This document shows positions 39,274-50,329 of a stretch of DNA of 64,000 nt, piece by piece. The stretch lies in NCBI GenBank assembly GCA_963663035.1, contig OY760074.1, forward strand, positions 896,001 through 960,000, in the 5' to 3' direction. The DNA comes from Acidobacteriota bacterium. GTDB lineage: Bacteria > Acidobacteriota > UBA6911 > RPQK01 > JADFOI01. The notes under the pieces are model-generated. The model was not told where the DNA came from. It worked only from the letters and a program-made list of their open reading frames with translations, and did no database searches. Each line of letters begins with the position of its first letter. Within the stretch, counting starts at the first letter, position 1. A program made the position numbers and the translations under genes.

Positions 39274-41634
39274 ATGGACCTCTTAAAATCATTTCGTGTC
39301 GTTCTGATCATTGGCATTCTTTTAGGGGGAATGGCCATCGTGTGGAATTTTCTCTCTCGCCGTGAGGAAGGATTTGTCATCCCTGAGGTAGAGATTCTTT
39401 CTCCGGACATTAGCCGCCAGACCACGCAGTTCGAATACACTGAGCACAAGCGTGGACGCACCGTCTTTACCGTTCATGCTGAAACCAGTACACAGACAGT
39501 CAGCCAGGTCCACACGTTGGAGAATGTGACTCTTGCTTACTATGACGAATCTGGAACGGCTTCCGATATCATCTCGGCCCAGGAGGCTGTCTATCTTTTA
39601 GAGGATCAGCAGATTGAGTTCAACGGCGATGCCACCATTCAGCTGGCCGATGGCACAGAGGTGTTTTCCGAACAAGTGAGTGCAGACCTCATTCAGGAAA
39701 GGGTGGTGATCGAGGGTAACTTTCGCTTCCTGAAGGGAGATATAAAGGGAGATGGCGAGTCCTTGATCTACGACTTCCCCCAGAGGAAGATACAAGTGAA
39801 AAAGGGCCTGCACCTGATGACCGCTTCCGGGTCAGATGACCTTGAAGGGAGGGCTTCACAGGCCGTCTATATTCTCTTTGAAGAGACCGTAGAGCTCATC
39901 GGCGACGCCCTGATCTCAGGCGGTGATACCCATCTGGAGGCTGATCAGATAACCGCCTTTTTGACAACAGAAAGCCGGATTGAAAAGATCCTCAGCTGGG
40001 GTGAGGCTCGCCTTCAATTTGCCTCGCTGAAGTCCTTGTCGGGTCCACAGCTCAATGTATTCTTCGATCCTGATTTGAAGCGTCTGGAGAAAATCGAAGC
40101 TCTGGGAGAGCCCCAGAAGTCTTCCGGGAGAGCCGTCTATTCTGAGGGGGCCGAAGGGAGGGACTATTTCCTGGAGGCGAACCGAATCGAGGTGGTCCCG
40201 GATCGTGCCGGGACCATGGAGGGGCTGCTCTTGGAGACATTTTCAGCTCGAGGGGACGTCCTCTTTCGCTCTCCCTCCCTGGGTATCGATGAGTCACGCT
40301 CCCAGGCGATGGAAGGCCAATTCTTTGACAACGGAGAGCATCTGCGGCAGCTCGATCTGCGAGGACAGGTTTCGCTCAGGAGGGGGCTTGATTCCCAGGC
40401 CTCGGTGGAAGAACAGCTGCACAGTGAAGTCCTGACCCTTCGATTTCGGCCTGAACAGGTTATTGAGCAGGCCATAGCTAGCGGGAATGTGGATCTGAGA
40501 TTGAATTCTCTGCAAGGATATCGTCATCTTTGGGCCAGGGACGCTGTGGAAGTGAACTACCTGGATGGATCCCCCGAGCGAATCGTGAGCCGGGGAGATA
40601 GTCGAATTGAAAAGGGCAGCGCTGGTCAGAGAGATGTCCTGGAAGCTCCCTTCATCGAGATACGCTATCGGCAAGGTCTCCTGGACCACATGACGGCTCA
40701 AGGAGGGGTCGCACTGCAGTCTAGCGAGGGGGGAAAGGCCAGGAATTCGACCAGTCAACGATTGGAGGTGTCCTATCGAGACAGCGAGGTGGAGAGGGCT
40801 GTCCAATCGGGAGATTTTCATTTCTGGGAGGGTAATCCTGCCTCCATTGAGGTCGAATCGGATCAAGCGGTTTTCGATCCCGAGAGCAACAGGGTCACCA
40901 TGACGGGGGAGAGGACTCCTGTGTTGAGATTCATCGGTGCTGATGGTAGCGATGGTGGTTCCCCGGTGGAGACAACCGCCCAGCGTCTCGAGCTGGATCG
41001 GAGGACGGGCGAGATCTCTGCCGTTGGACGGGTGAGAAGCTTTTTCCCGGAAGAGGACGGTTCCACAATCATTACCGCGGGTGGTATGGAGGCCAAACCG
41101 GAGACAGGCTGGATCACCTATTCCGCCAGTCCGAGAATCACTCAACAATACAACTCCATCACAGGAAAGATTGTGCGGTACAATCATCGAGATCAACAGC
41201 TGGTGGTTGAGGAGGAGGTCACTAGCTTCTTCATCGAGGGGAACCAGGAAGATGGTAAAAAATATACGGTTCAAGCCGACCGTTTGCTGTACAAACGCGC
41301 AGATCTTCGAGCACGATACGAGGGACAGGTGCGGGTCAAGACAGACGATCTTATTGTCGATGCTCCCTTTGTGGAGTTCGTCTTCTTGACAGCGGATCCG
41401 GATCAACTCCAGGAGATCGTCGCTTGGGGAGGAGTCAAGATCACGGGAAAGGATAGAGAAGCCGAAGGCCAAAGGGCGGTGTACTTTCCGTCGCAGGAGA
41501 AGGTGGTCCTGACGGGAGATCCTGCCCAGGTGACTGAAGCCCTGCGGGGTAAAGTTACCGGGCGTCAGCTCACTTTCTTTACCGGAGATGACAGACTTCT
41601 CATTGAAAATCCTTCCACTCCTGAGAAGCCATGA
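39274..41634 (+). CDS. LptC/LptA (OstA-like) multi-domain LPS transport protein
   Basis: N-terminal TM, repeated beta-jellyroll-like segments (e.g. AEGQRAVY...VVLTGDP); directly upstream of lptB. Confidence 0.8.
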   Translation: MDLLKSFRVVLIIGILLGGMAIVWNFLSRREEGFVIPEVEILSPDISRQTTQFEYTEHKRGRTVFTVHAETSTQTVSQVHTLENVTLAYYDESGTASDIISAQEAVYLLEDQQIEFNGDATIQLADGTEVFSEQVSADLIQERVVIEGNFRFLKGDIKGDGESLIYDFPQRKIQVKKGLHLMTASGSDDLEGRASQAVYILFEETVELIGDALISGGDTHLEADQITAFLTTESRIEKILSWGEARLQFASLKSLSGPQLNVFFDPDLKRLEKIEALGEPQKSSGRAVYSEGAEGRDYFLEANRIEVVPDRAGTMEGLLLETFSARGDVLFRSPSLGIDESRSQAMEGQFFDNGEHLRQLDLRGQVSLRRGLDSQASVEEQLHSEVLTLRFRPEQVIEQAIASGNVDLRLNSLQGYRHLWARDAVEVNYLDGSPERIVSRGDSRIEKGSAGQRDVLEAPFIEIRYRQGLLDHMTAQGGVALQSSEGGKARNSTSQRLEVSYRDSEVERAVQSGDFHFWEGNPASIEVESDQAVFDPESNRVTMTGERTPVLRFIGADGSDGGSPVETTAQRLELDRRTGEISAVGRVRSFFPEEDGSTIITAGGMEAKPETGWITYSASPRITQQYNSITGKIVRYNHRDQQLVVEEEVTSFFIEGNQEDGKKYTVQADRLLYKRADLRARYEGQVRVKTDDLIVDAPFVEFVFLTADPDQLQEIVAWGGVKITGKDREAEGQRAVYFPSQEKVVLTGDPAQVTEALRGKVTGRQLTFFTGDDRLLIENPSTPEKP

Positions 41635-42374
41635 GCCGGGAAGAGTCCTCTCCGACCCTCAAAGCCCAGGAACTCCATAAGTCGTATCGCGGAAGAAAAG
41701 TTGTCAACAACGTCAGTTTGGCGATTTCCTCTGGAGAAGTTGTGGGATTGCTGGGACCGAATGGTGCCGGAAAGACCACGACTTTTTACATGATCGTCGG
41801 TCTGACCAACCCAGATAGCGGCAGCGTCTACCTAGGCGGCAAGGAGATTACTTCCTTGCCCATGTACTTGCGGGCAAGAAAGGGCATCAGTTATCTGCCA
41901 CAGGAACCTTCCGTCTTTCGAAAGCTTTCCGTCGAGGACAATCTTTATGCCGTTGCCGAAACACTGGGTCTGGCCGCGGGGATAGCCGATCAGCAGGTGA
42001 GTGAACTCCTGGAAGAATTTGGAATTGCTGGACTGAGAAGAAGTCTTGCCTATACTCTTTCGGGAGGTGAACGAAGACGGCTCGAGATTGCTCGTTCGAT
42101 GATGATGAAGCCTGCATTCATTCTTCTGGATGAGCCTTTCGCGGGAATTGATCCTCTGGCCGTATTGGAGATTCAACGCATTGTCACTCGACTGAAAGCC
42201 AAGAACATTGGTGTCTTGATCACCGATCATAATGTGCGGGAGACTCTGAAGATCACAGACCGGGCCTACATTATCAATGAGGGAACCATCTTTCGAATGG
42301 GCACTCCTGATCTGCTCTCCTCCGATCTTGAGGTGCGTAAAGTTTATCTCGGTGAAAACTTTCGATTATACTGA
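41631..42374 (+). CDS. lptB: LPS export ABC ATPase
   Basis: [34 protein letters not shown] and [10 protein letters not shown] motifs. Confidence 0.97.
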   Translation: MSREESSPTLKAQELHKSYRGRKVVNNVSLAISSGEVVGLLGPNGAGKTTTFYMIVGLTNPDSGSVYLGGKEITSLPMYLRARKGISYLPQEPSVFRKLSVEDNLYAVAETLGLAAGIADQQVSELLEEFGIAGLRRSLAYTLSGGERRRLEIARSMMMKPAFILLDEPFAGIDPLAVLEIQRIVTRLKAKNIGVLITDHNVRETLKITDRAYIINEGTIFRMGTPDLLSSDLEVRKVYLGENFRLY

Positions 42375-42470
42375 GTTAGAGGGAAAGAACAGTGACGGGA
42401 CGAGGTTGAGGCTGGGGTCGTCACTGGGGTCTTCCTTCTTCTCTTGTACGGAAGGTACTGAGGAAATTCA

Positions 42471-43907
42471 ATGAACAAACGTGGTCCTTTAAGGCAGTCT
42501 CTTGGATTGAACCTCTCGCAGCGATTGGTGATGACACCTTCGCTGTTGCAGAAGATTGAACTCCTGACCTTGAATCGACTGGAACTTTCCGATCTGCTGA
42601 ACCAGGAGCTGGCCGAAAACCCCGTTTTAGAGGAAGCGCTGGAAGAACCGGAGGCTGAACCAGGCGAGAGGACAGAGGAAGAGAAAGAGAAAGAGGCCGC
42701 AAAGGAAGAAGACGCATACGACGATTTTGACTATGACTACTTTTTGGGTGAGTATCTGACTCCCAGTTATCGCTCCCCCGATAGGGAGAATAGGAGTGAG
42801 CAGCCCTCCTTCGAACTGTTTCTGGCTACCCCGCCGACATTAAGTGATCATCTGAACTGGCAGCTGGACTTGAATGGAATTCCCTCTGAAATCCGTGAGA
42901 TTGGGTACTTTATCGTCGGGAACATCAATGAAGACGGCTACTTGATGGTCTCCGTCGAGGAGATTGTAGAGTCCCTCCAGGCCTCAAGTGAAAAGGTTGA
43001 AGAGGCCTTGAGCATGGTCCAGAGTCTTGATCCCATAGGCATAGCAAGCAGGAGCCTGCAGGAGTGTCTACTGATTCAAATTCGAGCTGATGGATTGGAG
43101 GGTTCACTGGCCGAGCTACTGGTGCGAGATCACCTTCCCTTGATCCAGGCCAGACAATTTAAGGAACTGGTCAAGCAAGTGGGCTGCAGTCTGGAAGAGA
43201 TCGCGGAGGCCATGGAAACCGTTCGGAGTTATTCGCCCAAGCCGGGCCAAAAGCACAGCCAAGTAAATCCTATATACATCCAGCCGGATGTCCATATCTA
43301 TAAAGTGGATGATGAATACCAAATTGCTCTCAACGATGACGGTATGCCCAAGCTGCGGCTCAGCCGCGCCTATCGTGAACTGCTCAAGGGAAAAAATGTC
43401 TCCAAGGAAACGAAAAGCTTCGTTAAGGAGCGTTTTCGTTCCGCCATCGAGTTGTTGAAAAGTGTGGATCAACGTCAGCAGACCATCTACCGGGCTTGTG
43501 TGGTTATTATCGATCGACAGCGCCAATTTCTGGATCGGGGAGTGAAGTATCTCAAACCGATGTTGATCAAGGATGTGGCGGAAGAGCTGGGTGTGCATTC
43601 CTCCACTGTCAGCCGCGTGGTTTCAAATAAGCACGCCCATACCCCCCAGGGCGTCATTGAGCTTCGGAAGTTCTTCACCAGTGGAATCGAGAGTTCTCAC
43701 GGGGAAGATCTGTCCGTAGTTCAGGTGAAAGAGAGAATCAAAGACATTATTGCCAATGAGGAGACCGACAGGCCTTTCTCTGATCAGAAAATCTCCGAAT
43801 CTCTGAACCTTGATGGGATTCGGATCACACGAAGGACCGTAGCCAAGTATCGCGATCAGATGCACATTCCCGGATCCCGCCAGCGAAAAATGGCCATGCT
43901 GTTTTGA
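42471..43907 (+). CDS. rpoN: RNA polymerase sigma-54
   Basis: ENPVLE, HSSTVSR and the RpoN box RRTVAKYR. Confidence 0.98.
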   Translation: MNKRGPLRQSLGLNLSQRLVMTPSLLQKIELLTLNRLELSDLLNQELAENPVLEEALEEPEAEPGERTEEEKEKEAAKEEDAYDDFDYDYFLGEYLTPSYRSPDRENRSEQPSFELFLATPPTLSDHLNWQLDLNGIPSEIREIGYFIVGNINEDGYLMVSVEEIVESLQASSEKVEEALSMVQSLDPIGIASRSLQECLLIQIRADGLEGSLAELLVRDHLPLIQARQFKELVKQVGCSLEEIAEAMETVRSYSPKPGQKHSQVNPIYIQPDVHIYKVDDEYQIALNDDGMPKLRLSRAYRELLKGKNVSKETKSFVKERFRSAIELLKSVDQRQQTIYRACVVIIDRQRQFLDRGVKYLKPMLIKDVAEELGVHSSTVSRVVSNKHAHTPQGVIELRKFFTSGIESSHGEDLSVVQVKERIKDIIANEETDRPFSDQKISESLNLDGIRITRRTVAKYRDQMHIPGSRQRKMAMLF

Positions 43908-43916
43908 TGACACTAA

Positions 43917-44906
43917 ATGGCCGCTGAAAAGACCCAGCCTTCAAAGCCGACTACTACCGTTAGGAAATTAAGCGAGTTGTCGAGCCAGGGGCTGCAGCTC
44001 ACGCCGCTCACCGGCGAGGACGCCCTTGACAATTCCATTACCTCGTCCCAAATCCAAAAGCTTGGGCTTGCCCTGTCCGGCTATATCGACTACCTGCATG
44101 AAGGAAGAGTGCAGATGGTCGGCCGGACTGAGATCCATTATCTGGAGACCTTGTCGGCGGCTGATCGAAAGAAAGCTATTGCAGGAATCTTTGCCCGGAA
44201 ACTAGCCTGTGTCGTGATTACCACAGGTCTGAAGGCTCCTTCCGCTCTGGTGAGCAACTGTGAGCGACTGAAAGTCCCGCTGTTTGAGACCGAAGCGGGG
44301 ACTGCGACGGCCATCACTGAGATCACCAGTTTTCTGGCGGAACAACTTTCTCTCAGGAGCACTATTCATGGAGTGCTGATGGAGGTCTATGGACTGGGGG
44401 TCCTACTTTTAGGTCCATCCGGGATAGGGAAGAGCGAATGCGCTCTGGATCTGATCTTAGGGGGGCACCGATTAGTGAGCGATGATCTGGTCATCATCAC
44501 AAAAGGTGGCTCCGGCCGGCTGGTGGGCTCTGGTCCCAGCGATGTTCAGTTCCATATGGAGCTGCGCGGATTGGGAATCATCAACATTAAGGAACTCTTT
44601 GGTGTCTCGGTACTGAGTCCAAAAACGATCATCGATCTTGCCATTGACCTGGTGCCATGGAATGCCGAGGAAGAGTATGATCGCCTGGGTCTGGACGAAA
44701 GACGATACTCCCTGCTGGATGTCTCAGTCCCACTGATCACGATGCCAGTCGCGTCAGGACGAAATCTTGCCACTCTGGTGGAAGTGTCCGTGCGGATTCA
44801 AATGCTGAGAAACCAGGGATACAGCCCTTCCAGTGACTTCTTTAAGCGCTTGGATGAACGTCTGAGAGTCCCTCGGTCGCCCGCCGATGAAGCATGGCCT
44901 CTGTAA
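43917..44906 (+). CDS. hprK: HPr kinase/phosphorylase
   Basis: HGVL, GPSGIGKSE, LVSDD and ELRGLGIIN motifs. Confidence 0.97.
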   Translation: MAAEKTQPSKPTTTVRKLSELSSQGLQLTPLTGEDALDNSITSSQIQKLGLALSGYIDYLHEGRVQMVGRTEIHYLETLSAADRKKAIAGIFARKLACVVITTGLKAPSALVSNCERLKVPLFETEAGTATAITEITSFLAEQLSLRSTIHGVLMEVYGLGVLLLGPSGIGKSECALDLILGGHRLVSDDLVIITKGGSGRLVGSGPSDVQFHMELRGLGIINIKELFGVSVLSPKTIIDLAIDLVPWNAEEEYDRLGLDERRYSLLDVSVPLITMPVASGRNLATLVEVSVRIQMLRNQGYSPSSDFFKRLDERLRVPRSPADEAWPL

Positions 44907-45769
44907 GGCTGCCCTCACTCGTTATCATCACCGGAATGAGCGGCTCCGGGAAGCATACCGCTTGCAAGGCCTTTGAGGATTTGGGTTATTTCTGCGTAGA
45001 CAACCTTCCCACCTCCTTAATCTCCCCACTCGTCCAGATGTCAACTGCATCGGGAGGGGAGATCCAGGAGCTGGCCATTGTTCTGGACGTGCGGCTCAGG
45101 GAATCCCTTGCCGGCTTTGAAAAGCTCTTTAGCCAGATCAAGCTGTTGTCCAAGGTCTCGACGCTTCTCTTCGTCGATGCCTCCGATGAGGTTTTGGCGA
45201 GAAGGTTTGGTGAGACGCGGCGTGTTCACCCGCTTGCCCATGATCAATCTCTTATGGAGGGCATTGGGGCTGAACGAAGAAAGCTCTCCGCTATCCGGGA
45301 CCAGGCAAACTTGGTGATCGAAACCAGTGAGTTTTCTGTTCACGATCTCTGCAACTTCATCTACCAGAGATTCCAGCAGAAGGGCAGAGCAGAGAGCCTC
45401 AACATTTCCGTGGTCAGCTTCGGCTTCAAGTACGGCATTCCTCTCAATTCCGAGTTGGTCTTCGATATGCGATTTCTTCCCAATCCCAATTTTGTTCCCT
45501 CGCTCAGTGATCAAACGGGCAATGATCCAAGCGTGGTGAGCTATATGCTGAAGCAGCCGGAAACCGAGGAGATCTTGGGCAGAATTCACGATATGTTAAA
45601 ATACCTGCTGCCCAAATATGGAAGGGAAGGAAAGAAATATCTCACCATCTCCATCGGTTGCACTGGCGGAAGGCACCGTTCAGTCATGGTAGCCAATGAG
45701 TTGCAGAAACGGCTGACGAAAGAAGGCCGCACGGTTAGTCTGATTCATCGGGACTTGCACTGCGAATGA
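44894..45769 (+). CDS. rapZ: RNase adapter RapZ
   Basis: GMSGSGK, CVDNLP, SFGFKYG and GCTGGRHRSV motifs. Confidence 0.96.
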   Translation: MASVRLPSLVIITGMSGSGKHTACKAFEDLGYFCVDNLPTSLISPLVQMSTASGGEIQELAIVLDVRLRESLAGFEKLFSQIKLLSKVSTLLFVDASDEVLARRFGETRRVHPLAHDQSLMEGIGAERRKLSAIRDQANLVIETSEFSVHDLCNFIYQRFQQKGRAESLNISVVSFGFKYGIPLNSELVFDMRFLPNPNFVPSLSDQTGNDPSVVSYMLKQPETEEILGRIHDMLKYLLPKYGREGKKYLTISIGCTGGRHRSVMVANELQKRLTKEGRTVSLIHRDLHCE

Positions 45770-46179
45770 CACAGGATCTTTTAGTGGGTGCGGTGGTTGT
45801 CACACATGGTCAACTAGGTCAGGAACTCGTGGCTGTGGCACAGACCATTGTGGGTGAGACCTCGCACATTGAGGCTGTCTCCATTGGTTGGAATGATGAT
45901 GTTGAGGAATCCAAAAAACGGATCGAGGAGGCCGTCCAAAAGGTCGATCAAGGGAAGGGTGTCGTCATTCTCACGGACATGTTCGGGGGCACTCCTTCTA
46001 ATCTGTCCCTTCCTCTGTTGCAAAGGAATGAGTTAGAAATCATCACAGGCGTTAATCTGCCCATGGTCATCAAACTCGTGGATCAGTCTGGCAAAGATTC
46101 GTTGTTGGAGTTGGTATCCAAAGTGACGGCAGAGGGACAAAAGCACATCTCCATCGCCAGCGAACTTTTGGGAGAATGA
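45766..46179 (+). CDS. PTS EIIA (mannose-type)
   Basis: VVTHG, TDMFGGTPSN and GVNLPM motifs. Confidence 0.94.
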   Translation: MTQDLLVGAVVVTHGQLGQELVAVAQTIVGETSHIEAVSIGWNDDVEESKKRIEEAVQKVDQGKGVVILTDMFGGTPSNLSLPLLQRNELEIITGVNLPMVIKLVDQSGKDSLLELVSKVTAEGQKHISIASELLGE

Positions 46180-46451
46180 TTCGAAAAACCCTTCGAATCG
46201 AGAGTGAATTGGGTCTGCACGCGCGGGCTGCTGCCAAGCTGGTGAAACTCGCCTCCCGATTCGAGTCGGACGTCAAGTTGTCACGACTGAACTCTCAGCA
46301 AGAAGTTGACGCCAAAAGCATTTTGGGAATTCTGCTCCTGGCCGCCTCACAAGGGACTGAACTTCAAGTCACCACCAATGGAAGTGACGAGAAAGAGGCT
46401 ATGGAAGCGGTGGTGGAATTAGTGAAGAGCCGATTTGGTGAAGAGAAATGA
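46176..46451 (+). CDS. ptsH: Phosphocarrier HPr
   Basis: GLHARAA and DAKSILG motifs. Confidence 0.95.
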   Translation: MIRKTLRIESELGLHARAAAKLVKLASRFESDVKLSRLNSQQEVDAKSILGILLLAASQGTELQVTTNGSDEKEAMEAVVELVKSRFGEEK

Positions 46452-48193
46452 GCAAAGTCACAAGGGATACTTCCTCTCAGGGTTTATCCGGTGTTGGACT
46501 TTCCCCGGGGATCGCCGTTGGCACTGCCTATGAAGTAGAGTCTCCCAGCGCAGCCTTCCATCCCATCGGTATCGCCAAGAAGGATGTCCCCCGCCAGTTG
46601 AAGCGACTTCGTGCCGCCTTGAAAGAGTCAGAGCGGCAGTTACAGAAGGCTAAAGAGAAGTTTGAGGCTGAGCTTCCCAAAGAGCACTCCCACATCATCG
46701 ATGCCCATCTGTTGATACTGGAAGATCATCAACTCTTGGGGGAAATCGAAGAAAAGATTCAAAAGGAGCTGCAGAGTCCAGAGCGTGCGGTTCGAGAAGC
46801 AGCTCAGAATTGGATTTCCGTTTATCGTTCCTTGGAGGATCCCTTTTTTCGGGAGCGTGGTTCGGACGTGGAAGAGGTCGTGCAGCGTATTATCTCTAAT
46901 CTCACGGAACTGGAGCCGCAAGTTACGGACGGTTTACCTGAGGATCTGATTCTGGTGGCCTCTGAGGCGAGCCTGTTCCTTCTGGTCGAATATCCCCTGG
47001 AGCGGATCAAGGGACTGGTTGTCAAAAAGGGTGGAACGACTTCGCACGGCATCATTATTGCCCGGTCCTATCAGATTCCTGTGGTTTCAGGGATCCAGAA
47101 TTTCGAGGAAGTGATTCATACTGGCGACACCCTCATTGTGGATGGCACAACAGGAGTTGTCATAGTCCGGCCTACCGGCAGGGAAATGAAAAGCTGCCGA
47201 GCTCGAATCAAGAAGCAGGAGAAACGCCGTCTGACGCTGGTGGGAGATCAGGAACCGTGTGTGACCTCCGACGGCCGGCGGATCTTCCTGTACACAAATG
47301 CTGAGATCGGCAGTGAGGTGACCGTTGGAATGAGACTGGGCGGTGGAGGGATCGGTCTGTTTCGCTCAGAGTACATCTACATGAAAGACAAGAAAGAACC
47401 TGTGAGTGAAGAGGAGCAATTCAAGATTTATAGGAAGCTGGCTGAGGAGGTGGGTGATCGTCCCGCCTTTATCAGAACATTGGACTTCGGGGAGGAGAGA
47501 CATCCCTATTTTACCCCTATCCTGGGTGAAACTGAGACTGCGCTTGGCTTGCGCGGAATTCGTCTGAGCTTGAAGTATCCCGAAATCTATACAGAACAGA
47601 TCCGGGCAATTCTGCGAGCCAGTGCCTACGGAAATCTGAAGATCGTCCTGCCCATGATCTCAAGTGTGGATGAAGTTTTAGAGGCCAGACGGCTTATTCA
47701 CGCGGCTCAAGAAGAGCTTCTCCGAGAAGGCGTTGCCATCAACAGGCAGATTGAGGTTGGTGTTATGCTGGAAGTCCCAGCGGCCATCATTCTGTTGGAG
47801 GCGCTTTGCGCCCATGCGGATTTCTTTGCGGTTGGCACCAACGATCTGATTCAGTATACCCTGGCGGCAGGCCGGGCTGATGATCGCATTGCCGACCTGT
47901 TTAATCCCTTACATCCAGCTGTTTTGAAAAGCCTTGCTCGGGTTGCCCGGGTGGCAGAAGAGGAAGATTCCATGGCCCTCGTTTGCGGTGAAATTGCTTC
48001 CCATCCTGTCTATGCGCGTCTTCTGATCGGAATGGGTTTTCGGCATCTTTCCATGAGCCCCTTTGCCATTCCGGAGGTCAAACAGAGGCTGAGAGAGACT
48101 TCTTACCTTGAGGCATGTGCGATGGTGGAGGATGTGCTGAGACAGCCCACCTTGAGTGGGGTGGAAAGCTGTGTCAAGCTGACTGAGAACTGA
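46448..48193 (+). CDS. ptsI: PEP-protein phosphotransferase (enzyme I)
   Basis: TSH, IGLFRSE, LGLRGIR, GTNDLIQY and CGE motifs. Confidence 0.95.
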   Translation: MSKVTRDTSSQGLSGVGLSPGIAVGTAYEVESPSAAFHPIGIAKKDVPRQLKRLRAALKESERQLQKAKEKFEAELPKEHSHIIDAHLLILEDHQLLGEIEEKIQKELQSPERAVREAAQNWISVYRSLEDPFFRERGSDVEEVVQRIISNLTELEPQVTDGLPEDLILVASEASLFLLVEYPLERIKGLVVKKGGTTSHGIIIARSYQIPVVSGIQNFEEVIHTGDTLIVDGTTGVVIVRPTGREMKSCRARIKKQEKRRLTLVGDQEPCVTSDGRRIFLYTNAEIGSEVTVGMRLGGGGIGLFRSEYIYMKDKKEPVSEEEQFKIYRKLAEEVGDRPAFIRTLDFGEERHPYFTPILGETETALGLRGIRLSLKYPEIYTEQIRAILRASAYGNLKIVLPMISSVDEVLEARRLIHAAQEELLREGVAINRQIEVGVMLEVPAAIILLEALCAHADFFAVGTNDLIQYTLAAGRADDRIADLFNPLHPAVLKSLARVARVAEEEDSMALVCGEIASHPVYARLLIGMGFRHLSMSPFAIPEVKQRLRETSYLEACAMVEDVLRQPTLSGVESCVKLTEN

Positions 48194-48195
48194 GG

Positions 48196-48222
48196 CAGCG
48201 GTCAGTGGTCAGCGGTCAGGTG
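48196..48222 (+). repeat. Short (CAGYGGT)3 heptamer module
   Basis: CAGCGGT CAGTGGT CAGCGGT CAGG between ptsI and the next gene. Confidence 0.65.
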
Positions 48223-48228
48223 TTACCC

Positions 48229-48786
48229 ATGGTATCGGCGAATCAACTCACAATTTTGCGGATGGCGTTCGTGCCGGTCTTCGTGCTGCTGATCGTCTAC
48301 AACTTCTTTGGTGGGGCCTTGGCTGTCTTCCTCCTGGCCGGTGTGACCGATCTATTGGACGGCTTCATTGCTCGGAAGTTTGGTCAGAAAACGCCCCTTG
48401 GCGCTTTTCTGGATCCGATTGCCGACAAGTTGCTGCTGGCCAGCTCCTTCATCCTGCTCTCGCTGAATGCTCTTGAGCTGGGCGTGATGATTCCTCTTTG
48501 GCTGACCATCACGGTGCTGGGCCGAGATGTCCTGCTAATCGTGAGTGTTGTCATCATCAACCTGACCATGGGGAGACACTTGTTTCCTCCCTCCATCTAT
48601 GGAAAGGCGACGACATTCTCCCAATTACTGACCGTGCTGTTGGTCCTGGTGACAAACGCTCTGCAAGTCAACATACCTTTTCTGGCCATCGTTTTCTATC
48701 TGACGTTTGCCTTGACCGTCATCTCCGGATTGCAATATCTGGTCAGGGGCCTCAAGCTCTTTGAGTATAATCAGGAAGAAGGTTGA
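48229..48786 (+). CDS. CDP-alcohol phosphatidyltransferase (PgsA-like)
   Basis: ANQLTILR and TDLLDGFIAR...GAFLDPIADK motifs. Confidence 0.93.
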   Translation: MVSANQLTILRMAFVPVFVLLIVYNFFGGALAVFLLAGVTDLLDGFIARKFGQKTPLGAFLDPIADKLLLASSFILLSLNALELGVMIPLWLTITVLGRDVLLIVSVVIINLTMGRHLFPPSIYGKATTFSQLLTVLLVLVTNALQVNIPFLAIVFYLTFALTVISGLQYLVRGLKLFEYNQEEG

Positions 48787-48787
48787 A

Positions 48788-49573
48788 ATGAGTGAGTTCA
48801 AAATCCTGAAGATTGAAGTAGAAAATCAGATCGCTCTCCTCACCATCAGCCAACCCAAGGTGTTGAATGCTCTGAACGAGACCACCATGGAGGAACTGGA
48901 AAGCGCTTTTGGCAACAGGCTGAAGGAGGCCGATGTGGGGGCCATCATCCTGACGGGCGCTGGAGAGAAGGCTTTCGTAGCGGGTGCCGACATCAAGGAA
49001 CTGGCTCAGCTCAACCCCCTGGATGCCAGACTCAAAGCCCTTCGCGGACATGAGCTTTTGGAGTTGATTGAAGGATTTCCCAAGCCGGTTATTGCCGCCG
49101 TCAATGGCTATTGTCTGGGGGGCGGATGTGAGCTGGCTCTGGCCTGTCATCTGCGAATCGCCTCTGAGAACGCTCAGTTCGGCCTGCCCGAGGTCAAGTT
49201 AGGGTTGATTCCCGGATACGGCGGAACCCAGCGATTGCCTAGGCTGGTGGGAAAGGGTAGGGCCATGGAGATGATCCTTTCCGGAGAGAGTATAAGCGCC
49301 CAGGAGGCGGCCAGGATCGGACTGGTCAACAGTGTTGTCCCCAGGGAGGAGCTGATCCCAAAGTGTCGCGAGTTGGCGGAGAAGATTCTCCGCAATGCTC
49401 CACTTGCTGTACGATATTCCATCGAGGCCATCAACGCTGGGCTGGAGATGCCTTTGCAAGAAGCAACCCGGTTGGAAGCCTCCTTCTTTGGCCTCTCCTG
49501 TGCCACAGAAGATATGAGGGAAGGGACCCGAGCTTTCACAGAAAAGAGAAAACCTCAATTCAAGGGAAGCTAA
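48788..49573 (+). CDS. Enoyl-CoA hydratase (crotonase family)
   Basis: AFVAGADI, GGGCELA and PEVKLGLIPGYGGTQRL motifs. Confidence 0.95.
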   Translation: MSEFKILKIEVENQIALLTISQPKVLNALNETTMEELESAFGNRLKEADVGAIILTGAGEKAFVAGADIKELAQLNPLDARLKALRGHELLELIEGFPKPVIAAVNGYCLGGGCELALACHLRIASENAQFGLPEVKLGLIPGYGGTQRLPRLVGKGRAMEMILSGESISAQEAARIGLVNSVVPREELIPKCRELAEKILRNAPLAVRYSIEAINAGLEMPLQEATRLEASFFGLSCATEDMREGTRAFTEKRKPQFKGS

Positions 49574-49847
49574 GTGCCTCGTTTCATAAATACGATGACG
49601 TTTGCTGATGGGTTTTGCGAGGCGAGGTCAAGGAGAGAGGAGGAGGCGATGTCAGGGACATCGGCGACGACGAGAGACACAGAGATCGCCCGCAACCCCC
49701 ATCAGCCCAAAGGGTGGCGGCGGGACGGCATCGATTTCTTTGTCGCTCCTCCTCCGCGATGCGCACAGACATCGTGTCGTCGTCGCTTCGCGAACTCGAC
49801 GCCGTCGCGCTCGCCACAAACGTCACCGTATTTATGAAGCGAGGCAC
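49574..49847. mobile_element. MITE-like element, end type E
   Basis: 31-bp TIRs GTGCCTCGYTTCATAAATACGRTGACGTTTG (2 mismatches), flanked by TAA on both sides; the left TAA is the stop codon of the upstream gene. Confidence 0.88.
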
Positions 49848-49852
49848 TAAGT

Positions 49853-50329
49853 ATGAAAGACTTTGCCGGGAAGATGGAGTCCAAGGGGTTAAAGATAGGA
49901 ATCGTGGTCAGTCGATTCAATGAGATGATCACGGAAAAACTACTCGCGGGAGCGCTGGACACTTTGCGGGAAACGGGAATTGCAGAGCAAGACATTACCC
50001 TGGTACGGGTGCCGGGAAGCTTCGAAATCCCGGTAGCTTCCCAGCGACTGGCAGAGACGGGAAAGCTGGAGGCGATTATTTGCCTGGGCGCTGTGATTCG
50101 GGGGCAGACACCGCATTTCGAGTACATCAGCTCACAGGTCGCTCACGGGATCAGCCAGGTCGCTCTGAAATATGATCTTCCCGTAACCTTTGGCGTCATC
50201 ACTGCTGACACGGTCGAGCAGGCCCTGGCTCGAGCGGGGGTGAAACACGCAAACAAGGGCAGTGAGGCAGCGATCAGCGCGGTTCAAATGGCCAATCTTT
50301 TCAAGCAGCTGGCAGAAGAGGAGAAGTGA
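49853..50329 (+). CDS. ribH: 6,7-dimethyl-8-ribityllumazine synthase
   Basis: SRFN, VPGSFEIP, LGAVIRGQTPHF and NKG motifs. Confidence 0.97.
   Translation: MKDFAGKMESKGLKIGIVVSRFNEMITEKLLAGALDTLRETGIAEQDITLVRVPGSFEIPVASQRLAETGKLEAIICLGAVIRGQTPHFEYISSQVAHGISQVALKYDLPVTFGVITADTVEQALARAGVKHANKGSEAAISAVQMANLFKQLAEEEK

Noticed and set aside
40294-41472. 392-aa antisense ORF, and other long antisense ORFs within core genes
   Set aside because: Shadow frames of well-supported genes on the opposite strand.
49574-49850. Mirror ORFs both starting MPRFINT
   Set aside because: Artefact of the MITE's 31-bp inverted repeats.
49574-49852. FMN riboswitch before ribH (and Moco riboswitch before moaD)
   Set aside because: No conserved aptamer motifs; the leaders are occupied by repeat elements.
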